In this document: positions 1-8,260 of the stretch, in pieces
Layout: each line of letters begins with the position of its first letter
Position numbering within the stretch: the first letter of the stretch is position 1
Position numbers and translations under genes: made by a program
Notes under the pieces: model-generated
Database searches by the model: none
Told to the model about the DNA's origin: nothing
What the model saw: only the letters and a program-made list of their open reading frames with translations
Source: a virus
Reading direction: 5' to 3' (one strand)
Length of the DNA: 64,000 nucleotides
IMG/VR virus record: IMGVR_UViG_3300042197_001007

Positions 1-99
1 CTTGCTGACAGCATCGGTAGGGTTCTTCAACCGAGAAACTTCATACCAGATGGTAGTACAACCATCCCAAGTCTCAACCTGAACACGAACGGTTTTCAT
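1..99 (-). CDS. hypothetical protein, partial (runs off window)
   Basis: ATG at 99, MKTVRVQVETWDGCTTIWYEV..., directly downstream of an early promoter. Confidence 0.6.
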   Translation of the reverse strand, partial: MKTVRVQVETWDGCTTIWYEVSRLKNPTDAVSK

Positions 100-121
100 G
101 TGAATTCCTGACGACTTGTAT

Positions 122-180
122 ACAATATCCGATCAGGGGGGCAATTGGGAGACTACTGTGCCAGTTCAATAACTGTCATA
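122..180 (-). promoter_or_regulatory. early promoter with 24-bp palindrome
   Basis: -10 TATTGT at 122-127; TGTGCCAGTT-CAAT-AACTGTCATA at 157-180, 29 bp from the -10. Confidence 0.7.
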
Positions 181-327
181 CCACTCATCAGTTTCTCGTT
201 TGAATTTGGTAACTTTCTTTTTAGTCTGCCTACGAATATTCTTCACATCGTATCCGTAGTCTTCAAATTCTTCATTGAATTGTTGAAACTTATCGTTGCT
301 GTTGTAGCGATAGTTTTGCTTGGACAT
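166..327 (-). CDS. hypothetical protein (53 aa, not in ORF track)
   Basis: Manual translation MSKQNYRYNSNDKFQQF...WYDSY*; fits the operon. Confidence 0.6.
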   Translation of the reverse strand: MSKQNYRYNSNDKFQQFNEEFEDYGYDVKNIRRQTKKKVTKFKRETDEWYDSY

Positions 328-360
328 TTTACTGCTGATTTACTATATCAAAGAGTTGTA

Positions 361-609
361 CTATTTAGATTCGACAAGAACACCATCTCGGATCTGTCGA
401 TGTAGGAATTTACCTACAGATCCTTTACCATTGTTTAGCTCTACATCAATCAATTCTGAAGAGAAATCTTCTAAGAATTGCTCTATATTTTTACAGTTAA
501 ACGTATATTCTTTGTCTAAGTTACTATTATACACTACTTTCACTGTGTTATCAACTACTTCAACAGAATTTACAGCTGAACTCTGAAGATTTTTGAATGA
601 TTTGTTCAT
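361..609 (-). CDS. hypothetical protein (possibly KTSC-like)
   Basis: ORF track; SSAVNSVEV...VVYNS..KEYTF loosely resembles the KTSC pattern. Confidence 0.6.
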   Translation of the reverse strand: MNKSFKNLQSSAVNSVEVVDNTVKVVYNSNLDKEYTFNCKNIEQFLEDFSSELIDVELNNGKGSVGKFLHRQIRDGVLVESK

Positions 610-640
610 TTGTGTGATGTGTGTTTAAGGATTAATTGCT

Positions 641-774
641 AAAAAAACGAAAAAACTTAAAAATCTAAAAAACTTAAAAACCAAGAATTCATAAAAACTC
701 AAAAAACTAAAAAAATAGGATTTTAAGATTTTGTAAATTTTGAGTTTTCCACAGTTTCCACAGGTTGTGGAAAA
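641..774. repeat. A-tract tandem repeats followed by three DnaA-box-like 9-mers; candidate origin
   Basis: AAAAA(A)CT-type units about every 8-9 bp (641-715); TTTTCCACA 745-753, GTTTCCACA 754-762, TGTGGAAAA 766-774. Confidence 0.6.
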
Positions 775-775
775 C

Positions 776-964
776 TTATAAGTCCCACGAAGGGCGACCT
801 ACAGCGAATGCCTTAAGCATGATCACTTTAGCATACTCAAGGGCAACTTTCTTGTTACCCTCAACACGAGCTGCCATGAATGCCTCACAGACTTTCTGAT
901 CGTCCAGAGCAATCTTTTCTGTGGGGGAAAGGTCAGTCTCAACCGTCTGGATCTTAGTGAGCAT
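776..964 (-). CDS. hypothetical protein (start revised to MLTKIQ)
   Basis: The track start at 1048 lies inside the promoter; ATG at 964 follows the -10 at 991-996. Confidence 0.65.
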   Translation of the reverse strand: MLTKIQTVETDLSPTEKIALDDQKVCEAFMAARVEGNKKVALEYAKVIMLKAFAVGRPSWDL

Positions 965-990
965 CTGGGATGTCTCTCGATTACTTAGGT

Positions 991-1049
991 AGTATAGGGC
1001 ACCTGGGAGGACCTTTGAGGGTCTATGTGACACTTTGAGTTCTGGCACA
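991..1049 (-). promoter_or_regulatory. early promoter with 24-bp palindrome
   Basis: -10 TATACT at 991-996; TGTGACACTT-TGAG-TTCTGGCACA at 1026-1049; 29-bp gap. Confidence 0.75.
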
Positions 1050-1160
1050 TGTGGACTTGACTTTCGGTAGCAAGCACGCTAAGCCAACAAAGACCCCGCA
1101 CGTTCTCTCTCATATGTCTTCATTCACTCACATTACTTATATTTTTTTAACCATTATTTT

Positions 1161-1264
1161 TTATTGATTATCAATAAGGTCTTTCTTATTGAGAACCCTT
1201 GGTGTCACTGGAGCGGAACCATGCGTAACACCTTGTTGATTATCAATAGCAACCCTATTGAGAA
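1161..1264. repeat. two copies of an 8-1-8 inverted repeat, each followed by TATTGAGAA
   Basis: TTATTGAT-T-ATCAATAA 1161-1177; TTGTTGAT-T-ATCAATAG 1233-1249; CTTATTGAGAA 1185-1195; CCTATTGAGAA 1254-1264. Confidence 0.65.
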
Positions 1265-1332
1265 GATACAATTGAGGCCACGTATTTCGTATGATTTCTG
1301 CTAACTTGTATGGTGTATCTTCGTTGATCATC

Positions 1333-1515
1333 CTATCGTTTTTTCTTTCTATCTATCACCTCTATATGTGAAAGAAACTGTGATGGTATTTCTAACCATC
1401 TTGCTCTCACTTCATCATACCATTCATACACTTCTGTCTTACCATTTGTCAGATACAATTTATACTTGTGTCTGTCATATTGTTTAGTACAGTGTAATGT
1501 AAATGCTTTAGTCAT
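1333..1515 (-). CDS. hypothetical protein
   Basis: ORF track; 4-nt overlap with upstream gene. Confidence 0.6.
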   Translation of the reverse strand: MTKAFTLHCTKQYDRHKYKLYLTNGKTEVYEWYDEVRARWLEIPSQFLSHIEVIDRKKKR

Positions 1516-1718
1516 TTAAGTTGTTCTACTTCTTTTGACAGTGTAATGAGATCATTCTTATCCAACACTTGTAGATCATTCATGGTTGATGCTGTGTATG
1601 TTTTAGCATGAGAAAGTAACTTACGAATGATAGCAGCAACTAATTTTTGTTCTGTGTCTGCCCATGTATTACGTTCATGCCACACTTCATTCATTAATGT
1701 TTGTGCTCGTTGTGTCAT
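1512..1718 (-). CDS. hypothetical protein
   Basis: ORF track; tightly packed operon. Confidence 0.65.
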   Translation of the reverse strand: MTQRAQTLMNEVWHERNTWADTEQKLVAAIIRKLLSHAKTYTASTMNDLQVLDKNDLITLSKEVEQLK

Positions 1719-1719
1719 A

Positions 1720-1977
1720 TCAGAACCACGAACCTTTGAGTGACTTATGTGATTGCTTTAATGCTTTATACAGTTTCTTGATCTCTTGATAGGCATCTTC
1801 TGGTTTTGTTTTACCACCAATGACCAAGTTAGCTAGGTATGACACATGATGAGAAAAATTGTTAATATTGCTTGTTTGGGCAATTTCAACGAAGTTAAGA
1901 TTGGCATCTGGGTTAATTGTTGGTGATGGAAACAGAAATTGTTCCTTTGCTTGTTTTGGTGTTGTCATTCGTCCCAT
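1720..1977 (-). CDS. hypothetical protein
   Basis: ORF track; tightly packed operon. Confidence 0.65.
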   Translation of the reverse strand: MGRMTTPKQAKEQFLFPSPTINPDANLNFVEIAQTSNINNFSHHVSYLANLVIGGKTKPEDAYQEIKKLYKALKQSHKSLKGSWF

Positions 1978-2162
1978 TCCTCGTATCTGGTATTAATTTT
2001 ACCATTATTCAGGAAAATATTCAAGTGCCCTGTATTACCATTTTCAAGATAGAATGCCATCCACACATGATGCCCTTCATCCATCACTTCATAGTGATAA
2101 CTCTTGATATTATCCAGCAGGAATTCGTCTGGATTGAATAGTGTTGTGTCGTTTTCAGTCAT
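1965..2162 (-). CDS. hypothetical protein
   Basis: ORF track; ATGA overlap. Confidence 0.65.
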   Translation of the reverse strand: MTENDTTLFNPDEFLLDNIKSYHYEVMDEGHHVWMAFYLENGNTGHLNIFLNNGKINTRYEEWDE

Positions 2163-2344
2163 TTCTTGTAGAATTCAATTTTAAGTTGTGTGATCAGCAG
2201 ATCTAATTTATCGCTTACATGTTGAAGTCGTTCTTCAAGCATATCCAAACGATGCTCTGTGATGTGTTCTTTTTTGATTGACATTGGATCAATTGTTGCC
2301 ATTGTTCCTTGTAATGAATTGAGTAGTGGTTCGTCAAACATCAT
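2159..2344 (-). CDS. hypothetical protein
   Basis: ORF track; overlapping operon. Confidence 0.6.
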   Translation of the reverse strand: MMFDEPLLNSLQGTMATIDPMSIKKEHITEHRLDMLEERLQHVSDKLDLLITQLKIEFYKK

Positions 2345-2747
2345 TTTTCACTCGTTCCAAATAGTTTTTACCTTGTTCATACAGATTATCAATCAGATCA
2401 TTAATGTCATCCGTGGGAATACTATCAAACTCATGATTAAGATTTTCACATCGTAGGGCATCAAGCATACACTCCAATGTCATCGCTTGTTGATATTCTG
2501 GTGTGATGGGTGTGCCATAGGATAGGCTAGAGCATTCAATGTTATAAAAGTGATTGTACCGTTCAAGAATACGATTGGCACGTTCCCTACGCTCAGCTTC
2601 CTCAAACATTTCATCTGGGTATGGTTCTTGATTGTTCATCAGTTGTTGTATGCGTTGTTTACCATAGTCAGTCAGTTCATGTTTTTTGTTACGAAGTTCA
2701 TCAACTTCTTCTTGTGTGAGATTAACCCACGGCATATCATTGTTCAT
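2334..2747 (-). CDS. hypothetical protein
   Basis: ORF track; overlapping operon. Confidence 0.65.
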   Translation of the reverse strand: MNNDMPWVNLTQEEVDELRNKKHELTDYGKQRIQQLMNNQEPYPDEMFEEAERRERANRILERYNHFYNIECSSLSYGTPITPEYQQAMTLECMLDALRCENLNHEFDSIPTDDINDLIDNLYEQGKNYLERVKNDV

Positions 2748-2937
2748 CTGTTTTATCCCATGGGGCAGGTTTGTTCATCAGTTCTCTGAGACGGGCAACT
2801 ACTTTTGGATCTGGGGGTCTGTTGAGCATCTCTACCAGTTTATCATATGCTTCTGGAGAAACATAGATTTTTTCAGGGTTCTCAAACAATTTCTTCCAAT
2901 CTTCTATCTCTTCTTCAGTCATTGGATTGTACGTCAT
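2737..2937 (-). CDS. hypothetical protein resembling the DUF1778/TacA antitoxin C-terminus
   Basis: IYVSPEAYDKLVEMLNRPPDPKVVARLRELM resembles the I-x-LS...L-x-NPP-x-P pattern. Confidence 0.45.
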   Translation of the reverse strand: MTYNPMTEEEIEDWKKLFENPEKIYVSPEAYDKLVEMLNRPPDPKVVARLRELMNKPAPWDKTDEQ

Positions 2938-3214
2938 TTAACCACAGGTCATCTAAGATTTGTTTTGTTTTACTATCTGACACCATACTCATTTGAGCTT
3001 TGTGACGCTTTGTTTGTTTCCACCACACAGGGAGAAAGAGATCGTCATACTTAATTCTCCAGTATGTCAGTCCATTGTATTGGACCTTAGAGATGACACC
3101 TTCCTTCTCCAATTCCATTGGCATCTGTTCTTTGCGATTTTCAATCTCTTTGAGTAGATCTAACTTCTTTTGAAGTACTTTGATCTCTTCCTCTAACTGT
3201 TCGATTTCAGTCAT
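2915..3214 (-). CDS. hypothetical protein
   Basis: ORF track; N-terminal coiled coil. Confidence 0.65.
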   Translation of the reverse strand: MTEIEQLEEEIKVLQKKLDLLKEIENRKEQMPMELEKEGVISKVQYNGLTYWRIKYDDLFLPVWWKQTKRHKAQMSMVSDSKTKQILDDLWLNDVQSND

Positions 3215-3483
3215 TGTCTGTGCTTCTCAATGGTAGATTTCCAAAACTCAGAGGTCATGTTGTTTGACCCTTCTAATTTAGCAACAATAACACCATCAAT
3301 CAACGCAATCAACGTAGGAGTAGCTATGACACCACAATCAGTCGCAAACTGTGTCCATTGCTTACCCTCTTTGGCATTCGTGATTTGTACCACATCCTGC
3401 CACCCTTCCGTCTTCTTGAGCTGTGTTTCCGCGTACATACAGGGTCTACAACCTTCTTGTACGAATAAATGTATTTCAGTCAT
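3211..3483 (-). CDS. thioredoxin/glutaredoxin-fold protein
   Basis: CxxC (GCRPC) near the N-terminus and cis-Pro motif (ATPTLI). Confidence 0.7.
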   Translation of the reverse strand: MTEIHLFVQEGCRPCMYAETQLKKTEGWQDVVQITNAKEGKQWTQFATDCGVIATPTLIALIDGVIVAKLEGSNNMTSEFWKSTIEKHRQ

Positions 3484-3791
3484 TCGGATTGCTCCCAGAG
3501 TTTTTCTCTCATCATTCTAACACATTTATCCCATTGTAGCGTATCGTATGATGGTCGTGGGTCTTCCTTCGGCAACCATCGCTCTACTGCCTCTACAATC
3601 TCATCACACATATCAATAGAAAATCCCAGCTCATGCCTCATTACATTCCATAACGATGGTGGGCGTTTGAAATGTTTATCGAGTAGTTTATCGAGGTCAA
3701 ATACACCATCTTCCTTTGCTTGTTTCATAGCATTACGCAGACCTTCATCTACTTGCTCTGGTGTTTGTGGTGTTGGTTGATATTCAGTCAT
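3480..3791 (-). CDS. hypothetical protein (start revised to MTEYQP)
   Basis: ATGA coupling with the upstream stop at 3788. Confidence 0.6.
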   Translation of the reverse strand: MTEYQPTPQTPEQVDEGLRNAMKQAKEDGVFDLDKLLDKHFKRPPSLWNVMRHELGFSIDMCDEIVEAVERWLPKEDPRPSYDTLQWDKCVRMMREKLWEQSE

Positions 3792-3970
3792 AGGTCTAAT
3801 GGTTGTTGAGGGTCTTTTTTCCAAACTTCTTTGTATGTAATCCACCGTTCCACACCAATTTCTTGTTGAGCAACCCAGTGTATCCCATTTTCATCAACAG
3901 CATCAAGATAATGAACACCAGTCTTGGGGCAAATGACTCTGGATACTTGTGTGAATTTGAGTTTGTTCAT
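3788..3970 (-). CDS. hypothetical protein
   Basis: ORF track; ATGA overlap. Confidence 0.65.
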   Translation of the reverse strand: MNKLKFTQVSRVICPKTGVHYLDAVDENGIHWVAQQEIGVERWITYKEVWKKDPQQPLDL

Positions 3971-4194
3971 TTCCTATCACCCCATAGCTGCTCAAAATGC
4001 TTACCATCTCTACCACAATACATCTCAAAATCTCTGGCATTTTCACAACTTTGACTTTTTTTGTCTCCAGTTATAAAATCACCAGTGACGATTGGATTGT
4101 AACACCGATCAAGTGAGTTATTCCCAAAAAGATGACCTAACCAGCTTTTCCTGTAGTAGAGACAATCTTTACACAGTTTACGTTGTTCAGTCAT
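3967..4194 (-). CDS. hypothetical Cys-rich protein (start revised)
   Basis: CKDC...C...C...C pattern; start at MTEQRKL. Confidence 0.6.
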   Translation of the reverse strand: MTEQRKLCKDCLYYRKSWLGHLFGNNSLDRCYNPIVTGDFITGDKKSQSCENARDFEMYCGRDGKHFEQLWGDRK

Positions 4195-4350
4195 CTTTTT
4201 CTCCATCAAGGTAATCACCAGTAGTATAAAGGAATAAGACAACAGTCATAACCAGAGAAGAAATCCAAAAGTTATCACCGACAATTGAATTTACTCCAAA
4301 GACTAAAAAGTAAAGTAGAGGCACTTGAAATAGGAATTTGAGTAAGAGTT

Positions 4351-4914
4351 TCATTTATCTTTCCAAGTAAAATCAAGAAGCAGTTTGGTAAAGTATCTCA
4401 CAACACGATTTGGTTTCTTTTTCAGATACACTTTGATGTTTGGTTTGATGTCCCAGTATCCTACCTCATCTACACCAATTCTATACTCTGTGTTCCAAGA
4501 TACAGTATTATTGGCAACAAGATAAGAACCATCTGATGTTCCTACTGTAAGCCTTACTGGGAATTGTCCGTGTTCTTTCGCATACTCAATATCCTCAATA
4601 ATCTTGGTAATCTTTTTGCTAAACTGATACTCTTGACGATATTTGAGTGCTGCGAACTTATACTCTACATCCTCAATCTGTTTATCAATCTTCTCATCAA
4701 ACTCTTGTGAGATTTCTTCTAATGATTTGCGTGGCAATTCAAATTTGAGTTCTTGCGGCTCATTTGGGATGGTGAAGTATTCTTTGAGGAGTTCATACTG
4801 TTCGTTGTCTTCACTCGCATTAGAATACAAACCCATACACTCAAAGACATTCTTTACATCTTTGATGGTTTTGAGTTTGCTTGTATCAAGTTTGTGATTT
4901 AGTCGTTCAGTCAT
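4351..4914 (-). CDS. hypothetical protein
   Basis: ORF track, 187 aa. Confidence 0.7.
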   Translation of the reverse strand: MTERLNHKLDTSKLKTIKDVKNVFECMGLYSNASEDNEQYELLKEYFTIPNEPQELKFELPRKSLEEISQEFDEKIDKQIEDVEYKFAALKYRQEYQFSKKITKIIEDIEYAKEHGQFPVRLTVGTSDGSYLVANNTVSWNTEYRIGVDEVGYWDIKPNIKVYLKKKPNRVVRYFTKLLLDFTWKDK

Positions 4915-5135
4915 AGCAACTCCAATTCATCACAAATAGCATCAATCTCTTTGAGACATTCATCCCATCCAGCATTAAACATTACATCCAGTTCATCAGT
5001 AAAATCAATCTTATTGGTTCCTGATAGTTGCTTACGAAGATGTTGAAGAACTTCTTGAAGCATCCAAGCAGTATTGTGTGCTTCACTTTTACAAATAACT
5101 TTTAGAAGTTCTTCTGCTCGTTGTTGGTTAGTCAT
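4911..5135 (-). CDS. hypothetical protein (start revised to MTNQQR)
   Basis: ORF track; overlap logic. Confidence 0.6.
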   Translation of the reverse strand: MTNQQRAEELLKVICKSEAHNTAWMLQEVLQHLRKQLSGTNKIDFTDELDVMFNAGWDECLKEIDAICDELELL

Positions 5136-5313
5136 AATACATATCCTGTTCATAACGGACATAATCAGTTTGAAGATGACAGAAGAAATCTCCACCACTA
5201 TCTTCTGGGTGCGTCATAGTATAGCACCATTCATCAAAGATTTCCCCAATCCACCACCAACCAACTTGAATTTTCTCAAAGAAGTTCATAGGACGATTGT
5301 AGAGTTTTGTCAT
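5128..5313 (-). CDS. hypothetical protein
   Basis: ORF track. Confidence 0.6.
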   Translation of the reverse strand: MTKLYNRPMNFFEKIQVGWWWIGEIFDEWCYTMTHPEDSGGDFFCHLQTDYVRYEQDMYYD

Positions 5314-5316
5314 TTC

Positions 5317-5517
5317 TCACTCCATATAATGATAAATTGGTTCTTTGTATCTCCTTAACATCCTAATTGCCTCTTTTGCTTGCATAAGTTGTCCAAATCT
5401 TTTTGTTGAGTGAAGAACATACTCTGCTTGAACAACATTATATCTTTGAATAACATAGTAAGTAGTCATACAATCAAAATCAAAGCATTCTTCAATTCGG
5501 TAATCATAAACTTTCAT
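5317..5517 (-). CDS. hypothetical protein
   Basis: ORF track; ATGA overlap. Confidence 0.6.
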   Translation of the reverse strand: MKVYDYRIEECFDFDCMTTYYVIQRYNVVQAEYVLHSTKRFGQLMQAKEAIRMLRRYKEPIYHYME

Positions 5518-5732
5518 AATACCTCATTATAAAATACAGGAACTTCACCACAAATAGAATTTGCCGAATGACCTACGGTATAAGACTTCCTACATTCTAT
5601 CACAATCTCATAAGTTTTCACAAACATCTCTCTGTCCTTTTGAGTATTGTAAGTGTTTAGTAGTTCCACAGAAAGGAAATAACCAGTAACGATGAGAAGT
5701 GGAATAATGAAGATAAAGATAAAGGGCTTCAT
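5514..5732 (-). CDS. hypothetical membrane-anchored protein
   Basis: N-terminal hydrophobic helix. Confidence 0.6.
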   Translation of the reverse strand: MKPFIFIFIIPLLIVTGYFLSVELLNTYNTQKDREMFVKTYEIVIECRKSYTVGHSANSICGEVPVFYNEVL

Positions 5733-5989
5733 TTCAGTTCCTCTTCATCTTGTTCAATCTCAAAGACTTCATTTAGAAACTCCAGACCATACTTACCAAC
5801 AACCCAGGCATCTTTATCCTCAAAGAACCTATCACCTATGGTTCTCATATTATAGCATTCTTTGTCTTTATCAAAGAAAGCAATCACATAACAATACTCT
5901 TTTTCAGAACCATTATCACGATGCCACCTGACGAGTTCATATTTGTTGTTTAATTTACACCAACGGAACTCTATGTTACGGAACCTCAT
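5729..5989 (-). CDS. hypothetical protein
   Basis: ORF track; ATGA overlap. Confidence 0.65.
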   Translation of the reverse strand: MRFRNIEFRWCKLNNKYELVRWHRDNGSEKEYCYVIAFFDKDKECYNMRTIGDRFFEDKDAWVVGKYGLEFLNEVFEIEQDEEELK

Positions 5990-6180
5990 TTGACCTCCAG
6001 TTCATCAAGTTTCTCATTCACAAAACCAGTCATATCAAGAGTGCGAGGATCTACACCTTCATCAAGACAATCCAGATTAAATTCCATCACAGCACCAAGG
6101 ATCAGACATACTTTACGCTTATCATCCAATGGTTGAGCAATGTAAGCAACAATGTGATCATAGAGTTCGTCGTAGGTCAT
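5986..6180 (-). CDS. hypothetical protein
   Basis: ORF track; ATGA overlap. Confidence 0.6.
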   Translation of the reverse strand: MTYDELYDHIVAYIAQPLDDKRKVCLILGAVMEFNLDCLDEGVDPRTLDMTGFVNEKLDELEVK

Positions 6181-6368
6181 TTAGAAGAAACTCCAAAGTT
6201 GTTAAAAATCATATTCACAAGAGCAATGATAACAAGGTTTTGCCAGAAAGCCAAGTATACACCAAACCAGGACAGAATAAGACCAAGCAAAAATGCTTCA
6301 AGCAGGATACCGACAGTTGTAATAACTACAGCACCAATAATCACACCAATAGCATAAGAAGTTTTCAT
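6177..6368 (-). CDS. hypothetical membrane protein (2 TM)
   Basis: Two long hydrophobic segments. Confidence 0.65.
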   Translation of the reverse strand: MKTSYAIGVIIGAVVITTVGILLEAFLLGLILSWFGVYLAFWQNLVIIALVNMIFNNFGVSSK

Positions 6369-6371
6369 AGG

Positions 6372-6749
6372 TCAAATAGCAAGGGCGGCGGAGGGGATTT
6401 CAACAACTTCGGGGAGTTTGCTATCATCAAACTCATGCATATCATAGCACACCCATTCACCATTACGGAAGAGATAGGCATACTCTTCACTCTTCAGCGG
6501 ATCAAGATACTCAGCAAGATCAGCATCAAGACGAGGAGGGCAATCAGTGCCATAATACTCTGCTTGGTGATTGTCATTCCAAGCAACACTCATGTCACCA
6601 CCATCAATCAGTTCTGCTGCTTTGGCACGACTGTTGTAGTGAGTCTTTAGAATACGACCCAACCATTCGGGATAACCATCCCAGTGGTGATAAGCAGACA
6701 GGATGCTACCATTCTTGAGTTCAATGCCGATACGAGAGCGGGTTGCCAT
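6372..6749 (-). CDS. conserved phage hypothetical protein (start revised to MATRSRIG)
   Basis: Y-x-HWDGYP motif common in phage early proteins; the track start lies inside the promoter. Confidence 0.7.
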   Translation of the reverse strand: MATRSRIGIELKNGSILSAYHHWDGYPEWLGRILKTHYNSRAKAAELIDGGDMSVAWNDNHQAEYYGTDCPPRLDADLAEYLDPLKSEEYAYLFRNGEWVCYDMHEFDDSKLPEVVEIPSAALAI

Positions 6750-6773
6750 GGGTGGTGTTCCGTTGATGTAGTT

Positions 6774-6832
6774 ATTATAGGGCATGGCACAGAGCCCGCT
6801 AGGGACCCTGTGCCAGTTGTCAAAGTGTCACT
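6774..6832 (-). promoter_or_regulatory. early promoter with 24-bp palindrome
   Basis: -10 TATAAT at 6774-6779; TGTGCCAGTT-GTCA-AAGTGTCACT at 6809-6832; 29-bp gap. Confidence 0.8.
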
Positions 6833-7244
6833 TGTTCATCTGTAGGGTAGGCACAGGCATACCACCCTCGGTAGGAACATAGATGGTCACGTTACCTTTG
6901 TTAGCACCTTCTTCCAGACCAGTAATATACAGATACTGAAGATACTCACGATTATCTTTCAGTGAGTTACCGATGATTTGGTTTGCTTTGGCAACACCTT
7001 GAGCACGGATCACTTCAGCATCAGCTAATTGCTGTGCGCTATCTTTCTTTGCTTGTGCTTCCAATACTGCTACCTGACGAGTGTATTCTGCCTTCTGAAG
7101 TTCTGCTTTACCTTGCAGCGATTGTGCCCACACATTATACAGCGGACCAACCACAGCATTAATAATAAACAGTGTCAGAACAAACGAAACGCCAATGATA
7201 CCAGCGTTACGAAGCGTGTTGTCAGGATTTCTGTCGTAATTCAT
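6828..7244 (-). CDS. membrane protein with an SPFH/prohibitin-like C-terminal coiled coil
   Basis: TM helix, then AEAEVIRAQGVAKANQII-like repeat and IYVPTE tail. Confidence 0.55.
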   Translation of the reverse strand: MNYDRNPDNTLRNAGIIGVSFVLTLFIINAVVGPLYNVWAQSLQGKAELQKAEYTRQVAVLEAQAKKDSAQQLADAEVIRAQGVAKANQIIGNSLKDNREYLQYLYITGLEEGANKGNVTIYVPTEGGMPVPTLQMNK

Positions 7245-7294
7245 TCTTCAATCTCCATAATTTGAATAGAAGTATTCTAATGTATCAATTAAAG

Positions 7295-7471
7295 TCATTT
7301 GAGATCCTCAAATTCAAACCATTCGTAGATACAATCCATCACATTCTGACAGATACTATCAATGATAGCACTCTCACTAGGATCTTCTACATGTTTATGA
7401 GCACGACGATAACCATACTGAACACCTTCAGCAATCGCCATCTCTAATACTTCACGGAATTTAGGTTTCAT
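7295..7471 (-). CDS. hypothetical protein (58 aa, not in ORF track)
   Basis: MKPKFREVLEMAIAEGVQYGYRRAHKHVEDP...EWFEFEDLK*; fills a gap in the operon. Confidence 0.65.
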   Translation of the reverse strand: MKPKFREVLEMAIAEGVQYGYRRAHKHVEDPSESAIIDSICQNVMDCIYEWFEFEDLK

Positions 7472-7656
7472 TCTTCTTCCTCATAGGGGAACATAATAGT
7501 ATTCAAGAGATTGAGAGTTTGAACATTCCAGTGTTTGATATCTCCATGCGGAGGATACAATCTACTATACAATAATCCATACAGTTCTGGATTGATGTGT
7601 TGGACTTTTTCTAAAGCGTCAGCAATTTGAAAGTCGAGAGTGTGTTGGTCAGTCAT
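7468..7656 (-). CDS. hypothetical protein
   Basis: ORF track; ATGA overlap. Confidence 0.6.
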   Translation of the reverse strand: MTDQHTLDFQIADALEKVQHINPELYGLLYSRLYPPHGDIKHWNVQTLNLLNTIMFPYEEEE

Positions 7657-7889
7657 AGCATTACATCTTTGATTTCAGTGATAACTTCCCAATGTGCGTC
7701 AGATTTGTCACCGAAACGATTAGTTCCAGTGCGTGTGCTGACCCAGAAGAAGTATTTGCGGTTTTCTGATGCCAAGAATAACTCACCACCAGTATCCTGC
7801 TCTACAATACATACAGGATTGTTTTCCATAGTGTTAGCTAGACGGTTCTTCGCCTTGCTGCTCTTGGGTTTGACTACTACCTTTCGCAT
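7653..7889 (-). CDS. hypothetical protein (start revised to MRKVVVKP)
   Basis: 3' part of track ORF 7653..7994. Confidence 0.6.
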   Translation of the reverse strand: MRKVVVKPKSSKAKNRLANTMENNPVCIVEQDTGGELFLASENRKYFFWVSTRTGTNRFGDKSDAHWEVITEIKDVML

Positions 7890-8109
7890 TTTTAAGTTCC
7901 AGTTTGAGTTTGCGGATACCAGTAACAAAATAAGCAAAGTCTCTGGTTTCTGTGATAGGTTTGATCTCACCACAGACATCACACTTCGCTTCATACACAG
8001 ATGAACAACCTACAGAATATACACCGTAGGTAGTACCACAATCAAAGCATGTATTGTATGCTGTCTCAAGTTTCTTCAGTAGTGCTTTTTTTTCTCGGAT
8101 AGTAGTCAT
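7834..8109 (-). CDS. hypothetical Zn-ribbon protein
   Basis: CFDC...CDVC pairs. Confidence 0.65.
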   Translation of the reverse strand: MTTIREKKALLKKLETAYNTCFDCGTTYGVYSVGCSSVYEAKCDVCGEIKPITETRDFAYFVTGIRKLKLELKNAKGSSQTQEQQGEEPSS

Positions 8110-8260
8110 CGGGGAATTTCTTATCTATGAGGTAATCATACAGCAACTGGGCGAACCCATAGTGGGGTCGTATGCCAGTTTCCAAACTGCCACTGGTGGC
8201 GACAGTCCACATAATATCCAGGCGATCCTTATCAGGTATCGGTTTCGGGTTCTCCATCAT
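8066..8260 (-). CDS. hypothetical protein
   Basis: ORF track. Confidence 0.55.
   Translation of the reverse strand: MMENPKPIPDKDRLDIMWTVATSGSLETGIRPHYGFAQLLYDYLIDKKFPDDYYPRKKSTTEET

Noticed and set aside
157-180. Reading the palindrome as a CRP or NtcA site
   Set aside because: CRP is TGTGA-N6-TCACA and NtcA is GTA-N8-TAC; here the TGTG(A/C)...CACA arms are 14 bp apart.
7248-7298. 16-aa ORF MTLIDTLEYFYSNYGD, possible gene relic
   Set aside because: Too short to support without homology searches.
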